Of a stretch of DNA of 64,000 bases, positions 22,357-33,900 are shown in pieces. The stretch is from Paramoeba atlantica (Eukaryota > Protista > Discosea), in assembly GCA_977017575.1 (NCBI GenBank), contig CDRNVI010000071.1:1-64000 (forward strand), written 5' to 3'. Every line of letters starts with the position of its first letter. Positions within the stretch are counted from its first letter, which is position 1. The translations under genes were made by a program, and so were the position numbers. Under the pieces are notes generated by a model. That model was given only the letters and a program-made list of their open reading frames with translations. It was not told the DNA's origin and ran no database searches.

Positions 22357-22475
22357 TTTTCTTTTTTAGGCTCTTCGTTAAACGCGGTGATAGTTTTCAA
22401 CGCGAAGCGCGCAGCATGAGTGACTTCTAAGTTGAAAACAACCACTACGTTTAACGAAGAGCCTAAAAAAGAAAA
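22357..22475. repeat. Solo copy of the M 3'-terminal palindrome
   Basis: The same 45+29+45-bp structure, slightly diverged, with no M body on either side. Confidence 0.9.
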
Positions 22476-22719
22476 TATTCCATTTATTTCCAATGTGTGC
22501 CCTTACTTTGCACAAGTGTATGGTATAAGAATTAAAGGTGAAAGTCAAACATTATTTCACAAATTTTTTTTTGTTGATGTTCTCATTTGACCATATTTTA
22601 CTTACAAAATGTTTTTTAGGATATTTTTCGCATATTTCTGCACTATTCTCGATGGATTGCCCGTTTTACCACAATTTCCAATGTACAGACAGTATTAGCT
22701 ATATGATATTGTCTAGTGG

Positions 22720-23476
22720 TTGAAAGGCCACAAATTTGTTTTCCAGAGCGTCATCTTTAGCAAGCGGCATGAAACTCTCATTTGCGTGCGGAAAGGCGAT
22801 CACTGGGTCTGCCCCGATCGTTTGTGTCGGAGTCGTACATACCACATGGAGCCACTCTTAAGTTCCTTCGGTAGCCGAACACCAAGCCCAATTCTTCATG
22901 TTCTATATGGTATGGCGAACGGCAATTGTCGTGATCAATTGACTCTGGAAACACTTTAGTAGTCAAACTGTCACAGAATTGACAAAAAAGTTGGAACGTA
23001 TTGTTGCTTCCGTTCATGAAATGCGAACTTCGGCTGCACGAGGCACTGTTACTATCATGCAGAAGCACGAAACTTGCTTTTCTAAGGCAAAAAGGGGGGG
23101 TAATAACCGACCAGCCCGCATTCGACAGGGGGGATCAGCCTGGGCAAACTTCCTGACACAGACCTCTCGTTCTCGGAAAGATGAGCAGATATTTGTAAGC
23201 ACGCTGGAAGACCGCCGTAGTTCCTCGACTAATGACCCTGTGTTTGAACTGGCCGCAAGCGAACGTACCATTGTTCACACGGATGGATGGAGAGGAAGCA
23301 ATGCCTTGGACAACAGACTCAACCATGGAACAGTAAACCATCGCCGTCGCTGGGTTGATCCTGTCACCGGGGTGCACACTCAGACTGCTGACCGCATGAA
23401 CGGAATGTTGAAAAAAGAAGTCCGCATGCGTGGCAACGGCACACTTGGTAGTGGAGTACAAGCGCGATGCAAATAA
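22720..23476 (+). pseudogene. Merlin/ISXO2-like transposase (frameshifted)
   Basis: IVHTDGWRGSNAL...HGTVNHRRRWVDPVTGVHTQ is the IS1595/ISXO2-family motif. A possible 17-bp inverted repeat AAAGTCAA(A/G)CATTATTT lies at ~22542 and ~23471. Confidence 0.8.
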
Positions 23477-23553
23477 TGCTTGACTTTGATCGAATTAAAT
23501 TTTAGGAATCGGAGCTGCAGATCCACATCAAGTCACCATTTTTTATTCCATTT

Positions 23554-23972
23554 GGAGCGGTGCGGGCGTAGTTATTAGACGGTGGTCCTTACAACCTGCA
23601 GGTTGTTGGTTCGATTCCCGCTATCGACAAAACTCGCAACCTGGCGGCCTCACTTCAAAGGGAGAGCGATCAGGAGTGCCTTCAATGCCCACACCCAACA
23701 CCGCTCCACTGGAGGACCGACCCGGGACCGCCGAGCTGAACCAGGCTCCAGCGCAGCCGCTAAAATGCGAGCTGACTATGCAAAGGAGGCTTGAGACACA
23801 GCCTACACGATGCAACGGGGTGGACGCCCGTACTGGTAGCTACGGTTGGGTAGCCGTGCTCGGGCCGCAAGGCGTCGAGTGCCGTCTGGGAAGGGGGTAG
23901 CAAGACAATGACCTGAGACTCTACCCTAACGGTTGGCGATGCAGAGCCCTCCGTGTCTTCTTCTTCTTCTTC
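23554..23972 (+). mobile_element. SINE-B, full length
   Basis: Same head, body and (TTC)n tail as the 3271 copy. TSD TTTATTCCATT at 23542-23552 and 23973-23983. Confidence 0.9.
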
Positions 23973-24832
23973 TTTATTCCATTGTATCCCACTACACGCC
24001 GTTTATGGCGCAAATTGTGAAAAAACTCCCAGACATAATTCGAATCAGTGTGAAATAAACAAACGCAAGATTTTTCAGGTAATTTACCCAGAGCCAAATA
24101 AAAAGATTGAAGTTCTGCTCTCTCAATTGTCGTAACTTCTAGCGGTATTGAGCATCTAATTGGTTCTTTTTTCGGAGGTATGATCACAATCCCTGCACCA
24201 CTGCGAATTTCTTGAGATTGTATCATACTCTTTATAGAACCGTCAGTATATATTTGCATAGCTTTTAAAGTGGGGAAGGTTTCTTCTGATTCTTCAATAA
24301 ATTGAAAATCATGTAGGTCCTTAAGCTTTTTCGCTTTCGAAAATGCTGTTTTCCATTTTGGTGTCCCAGATTTTACGTAACTTATAGATGGTTCCAAGTT
24401 TTCCAGAAGTTGCTCTGTAAGTTTAAACCAATGCTCGCGGTCCGTGGCATAGATTAACGCCTGCTCTATTGTAATGCCCATATCTTTAATGCAAGCCTCG
24501 CTTGGAGAAGGTAATCTCGCATTACTACGTGCTTTCCACTGAATTAATTCGCGGAAGTAGGAGGAATGACGAATCATATGCCCCATGAGTTTTGCCCGTT
24601 GTACCTTATGTGTTGTAGAAAACTTTGCAGTATTAATATTGAGGGAGGCGTTGGGATAACAAACACCATATTCATCAACTTTGTTCGAGCGGGAAATAAT
24701 TCTTCGCATCGTGTTCACCTCAATATCAATTTTACGAAGCAACTTTTGTGAAATATGAAGTGCCCCCATACCAAAATTCAAAACTGGGTAAACTAAGGCG
24801 TTGTAAAGGCGAAGCTAAGTAAGGGCGGAGGT

Positions 24833-25224
24833 GGCGGAGTGGGCGGAGGTGGCGGAGTGGCAAGAATTCAAAGTTTGAAGCACATGGTGCTCAGATGGCG
24901 AGTTCAAACCCGCTCATCGCAATATTCCTGGCGGCCTCACTCTAAGAGGCTGGGCTGAGAACCGACTAGGCCCAGTACTCGGAGGACCGTCCCGGACCCT
25001 CCCCTCAGGGAACCAGCTCCTTTACCCGGCTTACACCTCTTGGGCAAGCCGTGTTGACGTACAATTCGTCGACGCAGCGTGTTGGCAACATCACGTTGGT
25101 GCCGCCTTGGACAAGCGGAAACTGGTAGAGGACGTCGGCCTCGGAACCTCCAAATCTGTCTGTGAAGGGTCTGTCTTGCCAGTGACCATCCGGAGCAATC
25201 CGGAGTGATTTGGATTGGATTTGG
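24833..25224 (+). mobile_element. SINE-A, full length
   Basis: Doubled GGCGGAGGTGGCGGAGTG head and GATTTGG tail. A ~12-bp TSD AAAG(G/A)CGAAGCT lies in the LINE coding sequence. Confidence 0.88.
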
Positions 25225-25754
25225 AAAGACGAAGCTTCATTTCAGCAGTAAGGGGAGAAGACAATATTCCATTCAAACGATGAAGTGACCCCCATGCAAG
25301 TTTTAAGCGACCCTTTACTGTAGAAGAAAAATCTTGGTCTTGTCGTTGCCCTAGATACCTATATGAATGCACTTTCGGTACTTCCAAGTTGCCGTTAATG
25401 ATGGTGTTGTTGTCGGAACGCGTAACTTTACCAAAAGACATCCAAGCTGTTTTGGATTGACCAACCGCAAGTCGTAGATTAGCTTTCTCTGCTTCTCGAG
25501 AAATGCTGGTTATCATTTTTTGCAACCTTTCTCGCGAATCACTGAAGAGTGCTACGTCGTCGGCATAATCGATATCACTTAACCATTTTTCGTGGAGGCC
25601 TCTCTTTCTTGTCCCACTAGAGTTCAGAAGAACGCCGTCCGATCCGTCATCGAGAGCCTTGTTTAGAATCCTGTCCATCACCATAACAAATAAATAGGGA
25701 GCTAGAACATCCCCTTGTAGGATCCCTGTGGTAATTGTGCCCTTCAAATCTCTA

Positions 25755-26658
25755 TTTTCTTTTTTAGGCTCTTCGTTAAACGCGGTGGTTGTTTTCAACT
25801 TAGAAGTCACTCATGCTGCGCGCTTCGCGTTGAAAACTACCGCCGCGTTTAACGAAGAGCCTAAAAAAGAAAATTTAGCCTGGAAAACGGAAAGATTATA
25901 GCCAAAAATTGCCGAATTTCGGGTAAAAATGGGGTAATTTTCGCGTATTTTTGCTCTCAGAGCACTAAATCCGACATTTGCGCGTGGGAAATCACTCGTA
26001 GGCATGAATGAAAGCCTACCGAACGTATTGGGTAGAGAATACGACTCCAACCATACCATTCTTTCGACACAAAAATGCCCCTTTAGGTCCGAAAAATACT
26101 TTTTCACCTTTTTTAGTCAAAAATGGGTCATTTTGGGGTGCGCACCACAGTTCGAAGAAGTGATACCTTGCGAAAACAACTGCGTAGAAAGCTAGTGTAG
26201 GCCCCAAACAATCAATATACAATAGGGGAAACGATTTTGGAATAATATTTTTTTTGTCATTTTTTTCGCCAAGTTGAAATTTTTTTCAAAAAAAATTTTC
26301 TGAAAAAATTCGAACTTGGCGGACCCGTCCTGCGGATACGCGGGGGGGTCACCCCCGGGTAGGGGGGTGGAAAATGCGCGCCAAGACCCCGGCTACCCTT
26401 TCTGCGGTTTTTTTTCGAAAACTAATTTTTTCGAAAAAATTTGCTCGACCATGCCCCCCCCCCTGGACCTCCCCCCTGGACCCCCCCCATGGACCCACCA
26501 TTTTTTTCAATTTTTTTTTTCAGTTTTGGACCACCGGAGCCCCCTTTTATATTTTTTTCTTCTATTATATTACTGTGTTCCCCTTTATATTTTCACTGTT
26601 TTTGTTCACTTTTTTTTCAATAATCGAGTGTAGAGCGGTAGTTTTACAACCACCGCAA
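25755..26658 (-). mobile_element. Family M, full length (second copy at 31082-31985)
   Basis: Reverse complement of the M consensus, with both the 5' hairpin and the 3' palindrome. Confidence 0.85.
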
Positions 26659-27000
26659 TCTATCGCCTACTCGGAAAGCAGTTAGTCAGGCTTTTATGGC
26701 GGCGAAAGATACAGAGGGGAAAGATTTAGAGAAATCTACAAAGGCTACCGTAATTCCATCCTTTCGAAAAGCCTTGGTTTTAATCTCATTCATAATAATT
26801 TGGGCGCCAGCTGTACATCTGTTTGGCCGAAAACCATACTGATTACCACGTAAGAAACCTTCTACGCTTGGCCGAATGCGTGATAGAATCATGTAATTCA
26901 TCACCTTGACAACGCTGTTCACGACGCATATTGGCCTACAGTTCGAAATATCAGTGAGATTTCCTTTCTTGGGTATGGGTATCTTTAGTATCACTCTCCA

Positions 27001-27661
27001 AGTGACACATTTTTGGTTTGCACGCTGTGACAACGCTTTTAAAAGGTGTTTCGTGTCGTTGTGTAACACACCGCAGTCTGTCACGGCAATGCAACGAAAA
27101 GAGTCACTGTCCACGCCTTTCTCTGTCACGTGCTTCTTGAACTTTCTATCTTGGGCTTGTTGCAACAAATAACTGGTTGTTTGCTGTGCATAACTGCTGC
27201 AACAGTGTGAACTACAGTAAAATCATAGAGGACTTCTCCCATGTGAGGCCACATGATGGCGATGTCTGGGCCGGGTCGAATTCGTCTAGCTTTGCATAGA
27301 TGTTGGTCGGCAACCTCCGCAGAGATCAAGCACTTGCATTTCGTACAATAGAAAGAAGAATGTATACGGGGTTCGATAACACACCATAGTCCTGCTTTTG
27401 AGCACAAATCTGCGAGGTAACGAACGATGTTGGAGTGCTTAAAAGTGAAATTCATATAGGAGCATCTGGAGCATCCCTCGATGTGTGGAATAATGCTGAA
27501 TGAAGTTTCCTGACCACAGAATCCCGGGCATACTATGTTTAACGGCGCCATCGGCAGACTTACCCCCAGTCGCATCATCATCGTGTAGCGAAAAAGATAT
27601 GGATTGACGTAGTTATTTGTGCTTTCTAAGTGTACATTTGCCTCTTTGCTTCGATTAATAA
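27001..27661 (-). pseudogene. CRE/SLACS-like LINE C-terminal fragment (zinc knuckle plus RLE); second copy at 32328-32988, short copies in each A unit
   Basis: MRLGVSLP...CPGFCG...HIEGC...KHSNIV..L...AG...EP...PGPDI...YDFTVVH. Confidence 0.8.
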
Positions 27662-28368
27662 TTTTCTTTTTTAGGCTCTTCGTTAAACGCGGTGGTTGTT
27701 TTCAACTTAGAAGTCACTCATGCTGCGCGCTTCGCGTTGAAAACTACCGCCGCGTTTAACGAAGAGCCTAAAAAAGAAAATTTAGCCTGGAAAACGGAAA
27801 GATTATAGCCAAAAATTGCCGAATTTCGGGTAAAAATGGGGTAATTTTCGCGTATTTTTGCTCTCAGAGCACTAAATCCGACATTTGCGCGTGGGAAATC
27901 ACTCGTAGGCATGAATGAAAGCCTACCGAACGTATTGGGTAGAGAATACGACTCCAACCATACCATTCTTTCGACCCAAAAATGCCCCTTTAGGTCCGAA
28001 AAATACTTTTTCACCATTTTTAGTCAAAAGTGGGTCATTTTGAGGGGCGCACCACAGTTTGAAGAAGGGATACCTTGCGAAAACAACTGCGGAGAAAGCT
28101 AGTGTAGGTCCCAAACTATCAAAATACAATAGGGGAAACGATTTTGGAAAAATATTTTTTTTGTCATTTTTTTCGCCAAGTTGAAATTTTTTGCAAAATT
28201 TTTTTTCCGAAAAAATCCCAACTTGGCGGACCCGTTCTGCGGATACGCGGGGGGGTCACCCCCGGGTAGGGGGGTGGAAAATGCGCGCCAAGACCCCGGC
28301 TACCCTTTCTGCGGTTTTTTTTCGAAAACTAATTTTTTCGAAAAAAATTGCTCGACCATGACCCCCCC

Positions 28369-30397
28369 AAAGAAATCTTTAACAATGTTAAGAGTTTCCC
28401 TTGTCGACGAGGTCTGGATGCAAAGAGTTTCCCTGTACAAACGGCAAATTCTACGTAGCGTACGCCACGGATTAGAACGGTTTCGCCGCAGACCTGCTTC
28501 AATTTCGGCGCTTTCTTGCCCAATCTGCGCCTCAATTTCTTCTCCGTGCTCTTTTAGCACTTCCTTGAAGTGGTCCGGTTTTCGACTCTGAAGAAATAAG
28601 TCGCGAAACCCTGAGATGCGCGGTGTTTCTGTACCCGGTGGTGCGGTTTCTGTCCCTGTAGGTGCGTTGGTCGTTTTTGGGGTTTGGTCCTTTTTTGAGA
28701 GTCTTTTCGCTGCGTGCACCATATTTTCCGATAAGTGTTCCCATGTGATCTCTTCCTCTTTCTTCGCCATTTCCCACACTGCTTGCTGGAAGGATGCCTT
28801 CTTCTCTTCATCTCCAAGTCTTGGGCAGGGTACCTTGCTTTGCCCCCCTGTACCTTTAGAACGCCACTTGATTTTCACATCAGCCATAACGACGCAGTGT
28901 ACTGTAGGCACTGGCGCCTTGAGTACTTTGTGCCTCCTAATGCTGGAGGCAAAGCGCTCACTAACCATGATGTGGTCAAGCTGTCTCCGCACCTTGTTGT
29001 CCCCACGCCTTTTGCTACCTCCCTTGTTGCCGATCTCTCCTTTTACATGTATGTACTCGCAGGCCTTGTCCCCATTTTCCTCACCTTCCCTGCCCCTCTT
29101 CACAATACCGTTGTTATCCGTCCCCTCTGGCTCTGATCCTTTCCTTCCCATTTCCACCTTTCCTTCTTCCCCCTTCTGCCCCAACTTCTCTGTTCCTACG
29201 TTGCGACGGTCCTTTGTCTCCGCCCCCCTGCCCGGCAACTCACATGTCCATTTCCTCTTGCTCGGGCAGAGGGTGTGTGCTTACTTGCAGCTAATGGAGC
29301 ACAAGAGGCCTTTCAGCTGAGAGACCGCTGGGGGATCCATGCTCGGATTTGTCACGAGCGTTATCGGTGCATTGAAATCCCCCATGAACAATAAAGGTCT
29401 GCGTTTCCGTTCAGCCTTGACCTCACGACACGCCTTGTCAAAGTCACCCATAAATGCCGCATGAACGGCTTCTGAGGAGTCCCTTATGGGGGCATAGGCA
29501 TTGAACAAAGTGCCAGTACCCTCCTCCAGGGGATACTCAGCTCCCATCACCCTGTTGCTCACCATCCAAACCTTCCGAAACGCATGCCGGCTCACTATGG
29601 CCATGCCATTATATGAATCGCGTGCGGCGGCCGACTGCAAATACAGGTGAAACCTATCCCCTAGGTTTTCAACCTGCCTGTAGAGGATTCCATCCTCATG
29701 TTCTTCCTTCGAGAAATTATATTTTGCCTCCTTTAGGCACATAACAACAACCCACCTTACCTGCATGAAAGCAAGCACCTCGTTCAAACGGGTGCATCTT
29801 CGAAGAGAGAATTCATCTTCCCCCTCGAGTTTTAACGTCGTAACGTTAAGCGTTGCAAAGGTTGTGTTCTCCTTCACAGCGGAACCTTTGAGGTTCTCCG
29901 AATCTCGTTGGGCGTGTGTGCCACGCGACGCCCAGTGTGACCGAGGGCGGTGACGGGAGCTCCTTCGTTTTGCCTTTTCCGGGTTACTCACCTGCACCGC
30001 GCAGAGCACGACACCTGTATTCGGTAAGGAGGGAAAGGGGAGAGTCGTGTGCGGCCTCTCCACGTACGGAACACGAAATGTACCGGCCAAAGGTTCCTCG
30101 AGTTACCGAGGATCCCCCCTGAGTATGCCAGCCTACGCTTTTAAGATAAGACGGCCCCTCACACACGACCTCGCCCTCCCAAACAAACAGAGTCTCGCAA
30201 CAGTTGTAGTGTCTCCACGCGACGCGAAGATGAGCCCCAACGCGGACAAACTTACAGAGCGCTCGCACCGCCCTCTGGCGGAGTTTAGCTGGCCCCTCTC
30301 GCTCGGGTGAACGAAAGATGACCCCCCGACTACGCTTGGTGCGTGTAAGGGTTTCAAAAGCCTCTGTCCCCTTACACGTGCCGGAAGCATCCGCCAT
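28369..30397 (-). pseudogene. 5' part of an APE-type LINE (5' UTR, endonuclease, linker); one copy per A unit (six copies)
   Basis: ATLNVTTL, CLKE, NAYAP, MGDFNA and QLDHIMV motifs. An in-frame TAA at 29281 is present in all copies, and there is a purine-rich insertion inside the APE domain. Truncated before the RT by fusion to M. Confidence 0.85.
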
Positions 30398-30412
30398 GTT
30401 TTTATAATTAGA

Positions 30413-30510
30413 TTACAAAAAACGATGGTCTTACAAAAAACGATGGTCTTACAAAAAACGATGGTCTTACAAAAGACGATGGTCTTACAAAAAACGAGGG
30501 TCTTACAAAA
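30413..30510. repeat. 18-bp tandem repeat (TTACAAAAAACGATGGTC) x~5.4; one per A unit
   Basis: Read directly. It lies between the LINE 5' end and the SINE-B tail. Confidence 0.95.
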
Positions 30511-30923
30511 GAAGAAGAAGAAGACACGGAGGGCTCTGCAGCGCCAACCGTTAGAGTCTCAGGTCACCGACCTTCATCGTCTTGCTTCCCCCTTCCCAGA
30601 CGGCACTCGACGCCTTGCGGCCCGAGCACGGCTACCCAACCGTAGCTACCAGTACGGGCGTCCACCCCGTTGCATCGTGTAGGCTGTGTCTCAAGCCTTC
30701 TTTGCGTAAGCGGCTCGCAATTTAGCGGCTGCGCTGGAGCCTGGTTCAGCTCGGCAGTTCTGGGTCGGGTACTCCAGGGGAGCGGGGTTGGGTGTGGGCC
30801 TTGAAGGCACTCCTGATCGCTTTCCCTTGTAGTGAGGCCGCCAGGTTGCGAGTTTTGTCGATAGCGGGAATCGAACCAACAACCTGCAGGTTGTAAGGCC
30901 CACCGTCTACCAACCACGCCCGC
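30511..30923 (-). mobile_element. SINE-B; one copy per A unit
   Basis: Reverse complement of SINE-B with a short (TTC)n tail. Confidence 0.88.
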
Positions 30924-33900
30924 AGTTTCCTGACCACAGAATCCCGGGCATACTATGTTTAACGGCGCCATCGGCAGACTTACCCCCAGTCGCATCATCA
31001 TCGTGTAGCGAAAAAGATATGGATTGACGTAGTTATTTGTGCTTTCTAAGTGTACATTTGCCTCTTTGCTTCGATTAATAATTTTCTTTTTTAGGCTCTT
31101 CGTTAAACGCGGTGGTTGTTTTCAACTTAGAAGTCACTCATGCTGCGCGCTTCGCGTTGAAAACTACCGCCGCGTTTAACGAAGAGCCTAAAAAAGAAAA
31201 TTTAGCCTGGAAAACGGAAAGATTATAGCCAAAAATTGCCGAATTTCGGGTAAAAATGGGGTAATTTTCGCGTATTTTTGCTCTCAGAGCACTAAATCCG
31301 ACATTTGCGCGTGGGAAATCACTCGTAGGCATGAATGAAAGCCTACCGAACGTATTGGGTAGAGAATACGACTCCAACCATACCATTCTTTCGACACAAA
31401 AATGCCCCTTTAGGTCCGAAAAATACTTTTTCACCTTTTTTAGTCAAAAATGGGTCATTTTGGGGTGCGCACCACAGTTCGAAGAAGTGATACCTTGCGA
31501 AAACAACTGCGTAGAAAGCTAGTGTAGGTCCCAAACTATCAAAATACAATAGGGGAAACGATTTTGGAAAAATATTTTTTTTGTCATTTTTTTCGCCAAG
31601 TTGAAATTTTTTTCAAAAAAAATTTTCTGAAAAAATTCGAACTTGGCGGACCCGTCCTGCGGATACGCGGGGGGGTCACCCCCGGGTAGGGGGGTGGAAA
31701 ATGCGCGCCAAGACCCCGGCTACCCTTTCTGCGGTTTTTTTTCGAAAACTAATTTTTTCGAAAAAATTTGCTCGACCATGCCCCCCCCCCTGGACCTCCC
31801 CCCTGGACCCCCCCCATGGACCCACCATTTTTTTCAATTTTTTTTTTCAGTTTTGGACCACCGGAGCCCCCTTTTATATTTTTTTCTTCTATTATATTAC
31901 TGTGTTCCCCTTTATATTTTCACTGTTTTTGTTCACTTTTTTTTCAATAATCGAGTGTAGAGCGGTAGTTTTACAACCACCGCAATCTATCGCCTACTCG
32001 GAAAGCAGTTAGTCAGGCTTTTATGGCGGCGAAAGATACAGAGGGGAAAGATTTAGAGAAATCTACAAAGGCTACCGTAATTCCATCCTTTCGAAAAGCC
32101 TTGGTTTTAATCTCATTCATAATAATTTGGGCGCCAGCTGTACATCTGTTTGGCCGAAAACCATACTGATTACCACGTAAGAAACCTTCTACGCTTGGCC
32201 GAATGCGTGATAGAATCATGTAATTCATCACCTTGACAACGCTGTTCACGACGCATATTGGCCTACAGTTCGAAATATCAGTGAGATTTCCTTTCTTGGG
32301 TATGGGTATCTTTAGTATCACTCTCCAAGTGACACATTTTTGGTTTGCACGCTGTGACAACGCTTTTAAAAGGTGTTTCGTGTCGTTGTGTAACACACCG
32401 CAGTCTGTCACGGCAATGCAACGAAAAGAGTCACTGTCCACGCCTTTCTCTGTCACGTGCTTCTTGAACTTTCTATCTTGGGCTTGTTGCAACAAATAAC
32501 TGGTTGTTTGCTGTGCATAACTGCTGCAACAGTGTGAACTACAGTAAAATCATAGAGGACTTCTCCCATGTGAGGCCACATGATGGCGATGTCTGGGCCG
32601 GGTCGAATTCGTCTAGCTTTGCATAGATGTTGGTCGGCAACCTCCGCAGAGATCAAGCACTTGCATTTCGTACAATAGAAAGAAGAATGTATACGGGGTT
32701 CGATAACACACCATAGTCCTGCTTTTGAGCACAAATCTGCGAGGTAACGAACGATGTTGGAGTGCTTAAAAGTGAAATTCATATAGGAGCATCTGGAGCA
32801 TCCCTCGATGTGTGGAATAATGCTGAATGAAGTTTCCTGACCACAGAATCCCGGGCATACTATGTTTAACGGCGCCATCGGCAGACTTACCCCCAGTCGC
32901 ATCATCATCGTGTAGCGAAAAAGATATGGATTGACGTAGTTATTTGTGCTTTCTAAGTGTACATTTGCCTCTTTGCTTCGATTAATAATTTTCTTTTTTA
33001 GGCTCTTCGTTAAACGCGGTGGTTGTTTTCAACTTAGAAGTCACTCATGCTGCGCGCTTCGCGTTGAAAACTACCGCCGCGTTTAACGAAGAGCCTAAAA
33101 AAGAAAATTTAGCCTGGAAAACGGAAAGATTATAGCCAAAAATTGCCGAATTTCGGGTAAAAATGGGGTAATTTTCGCGTATTTTTGCTCTCAGAGCACT
33201 AAATCCGACATTTGCGCGTGGGAAATCACTCGTAGGCATGAATGAAAGCCTACCGAACGTATTGGGTAGAGAATACGACTCCAACCATACCATTCTTTCG
33301 ACCCAAAAATGCCCCTTTAGGTCCGAAAAATACTTTTTCACCATTTTTAGTCAAAAGTGGGTCATTTTGAGGGGCGCACCACAGTTTGAAGAAGGGATAC
33401 CTTGCGAAAACAACTGCGGAGAAAGCTAGTGTAGGTCCCAAACTATCAAAATACAATAGGGGAAACGATTTTGGAAAAATATTTTTTTTGTCATTTTTTT
33501 CGCCAAGTTGAAATTTTTTGCAAAATTTTTTTTCCGAAAAAATCCCAACTTGGCGGACCCGTTCTGCGGATACGCGGGGGGGTCACCCCCGGGTAGGGGG
33601 GTGGAAAATGCGCGCCAAGACCCCGGCTACCCTTTCTGCGGTTTTTTTTCGAAAACTAATTTTTTCGAAAAAAATTGCTCGACCATGACCCCCCCAAAGA
33701 AATCTTTAACAATGTTAAGAGTTTCCCTTGTCGACGAGGTCTGGATGCAAAGAGTTTCCCTGTACAAACGGCAAATTCTACGTAGCGTACGCCACGGATT
33801 AGAACGGTTTCGCCGCAGACCTGCTTCAATTTCGGCGCTTTCTTGCCCAATCTGCGCCTCAATTTCTTCTCCGTGCTCTTTTAGCACTTCCTTGAAGTGG

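Larger units (their letters stand above)
23490..27000 (-). mobile_element. RTE-group LINE (RT plus RNase H) interrupted by M, SINE-A and SINE-B
   Basis: Successive fragments IPIPKKGNL..NCRPIC, GILQGDVLAPYLF/DIDYADD, MKLRL|YNALVYPVLNFG, QIYTDGS/AELQS/FHTDSNYV and GYNGIK|NGDL can be rejoined across the insertions. Confidence 0.88.

Noticed and set aside
29270-29290. Programmed readthrough of the TAA conserved in all six APE copies
   Set aside because: Conservation is explained by recent array amplification. The paralog has Ser here (one base change), and the element is truncated anyway.
28616-29320. 234-aa plus-strand ORF repeated six times
   Set aside because: It is the antisense of a purine-rich LINE segment and has no independent motifs.
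30090-30397. HDV-like ribozyme in the LINE 5' leader
   Set aside because: I could not assemble P1/P2/P3/P1.1 in the required order by eye. A structural motif search would be needed.
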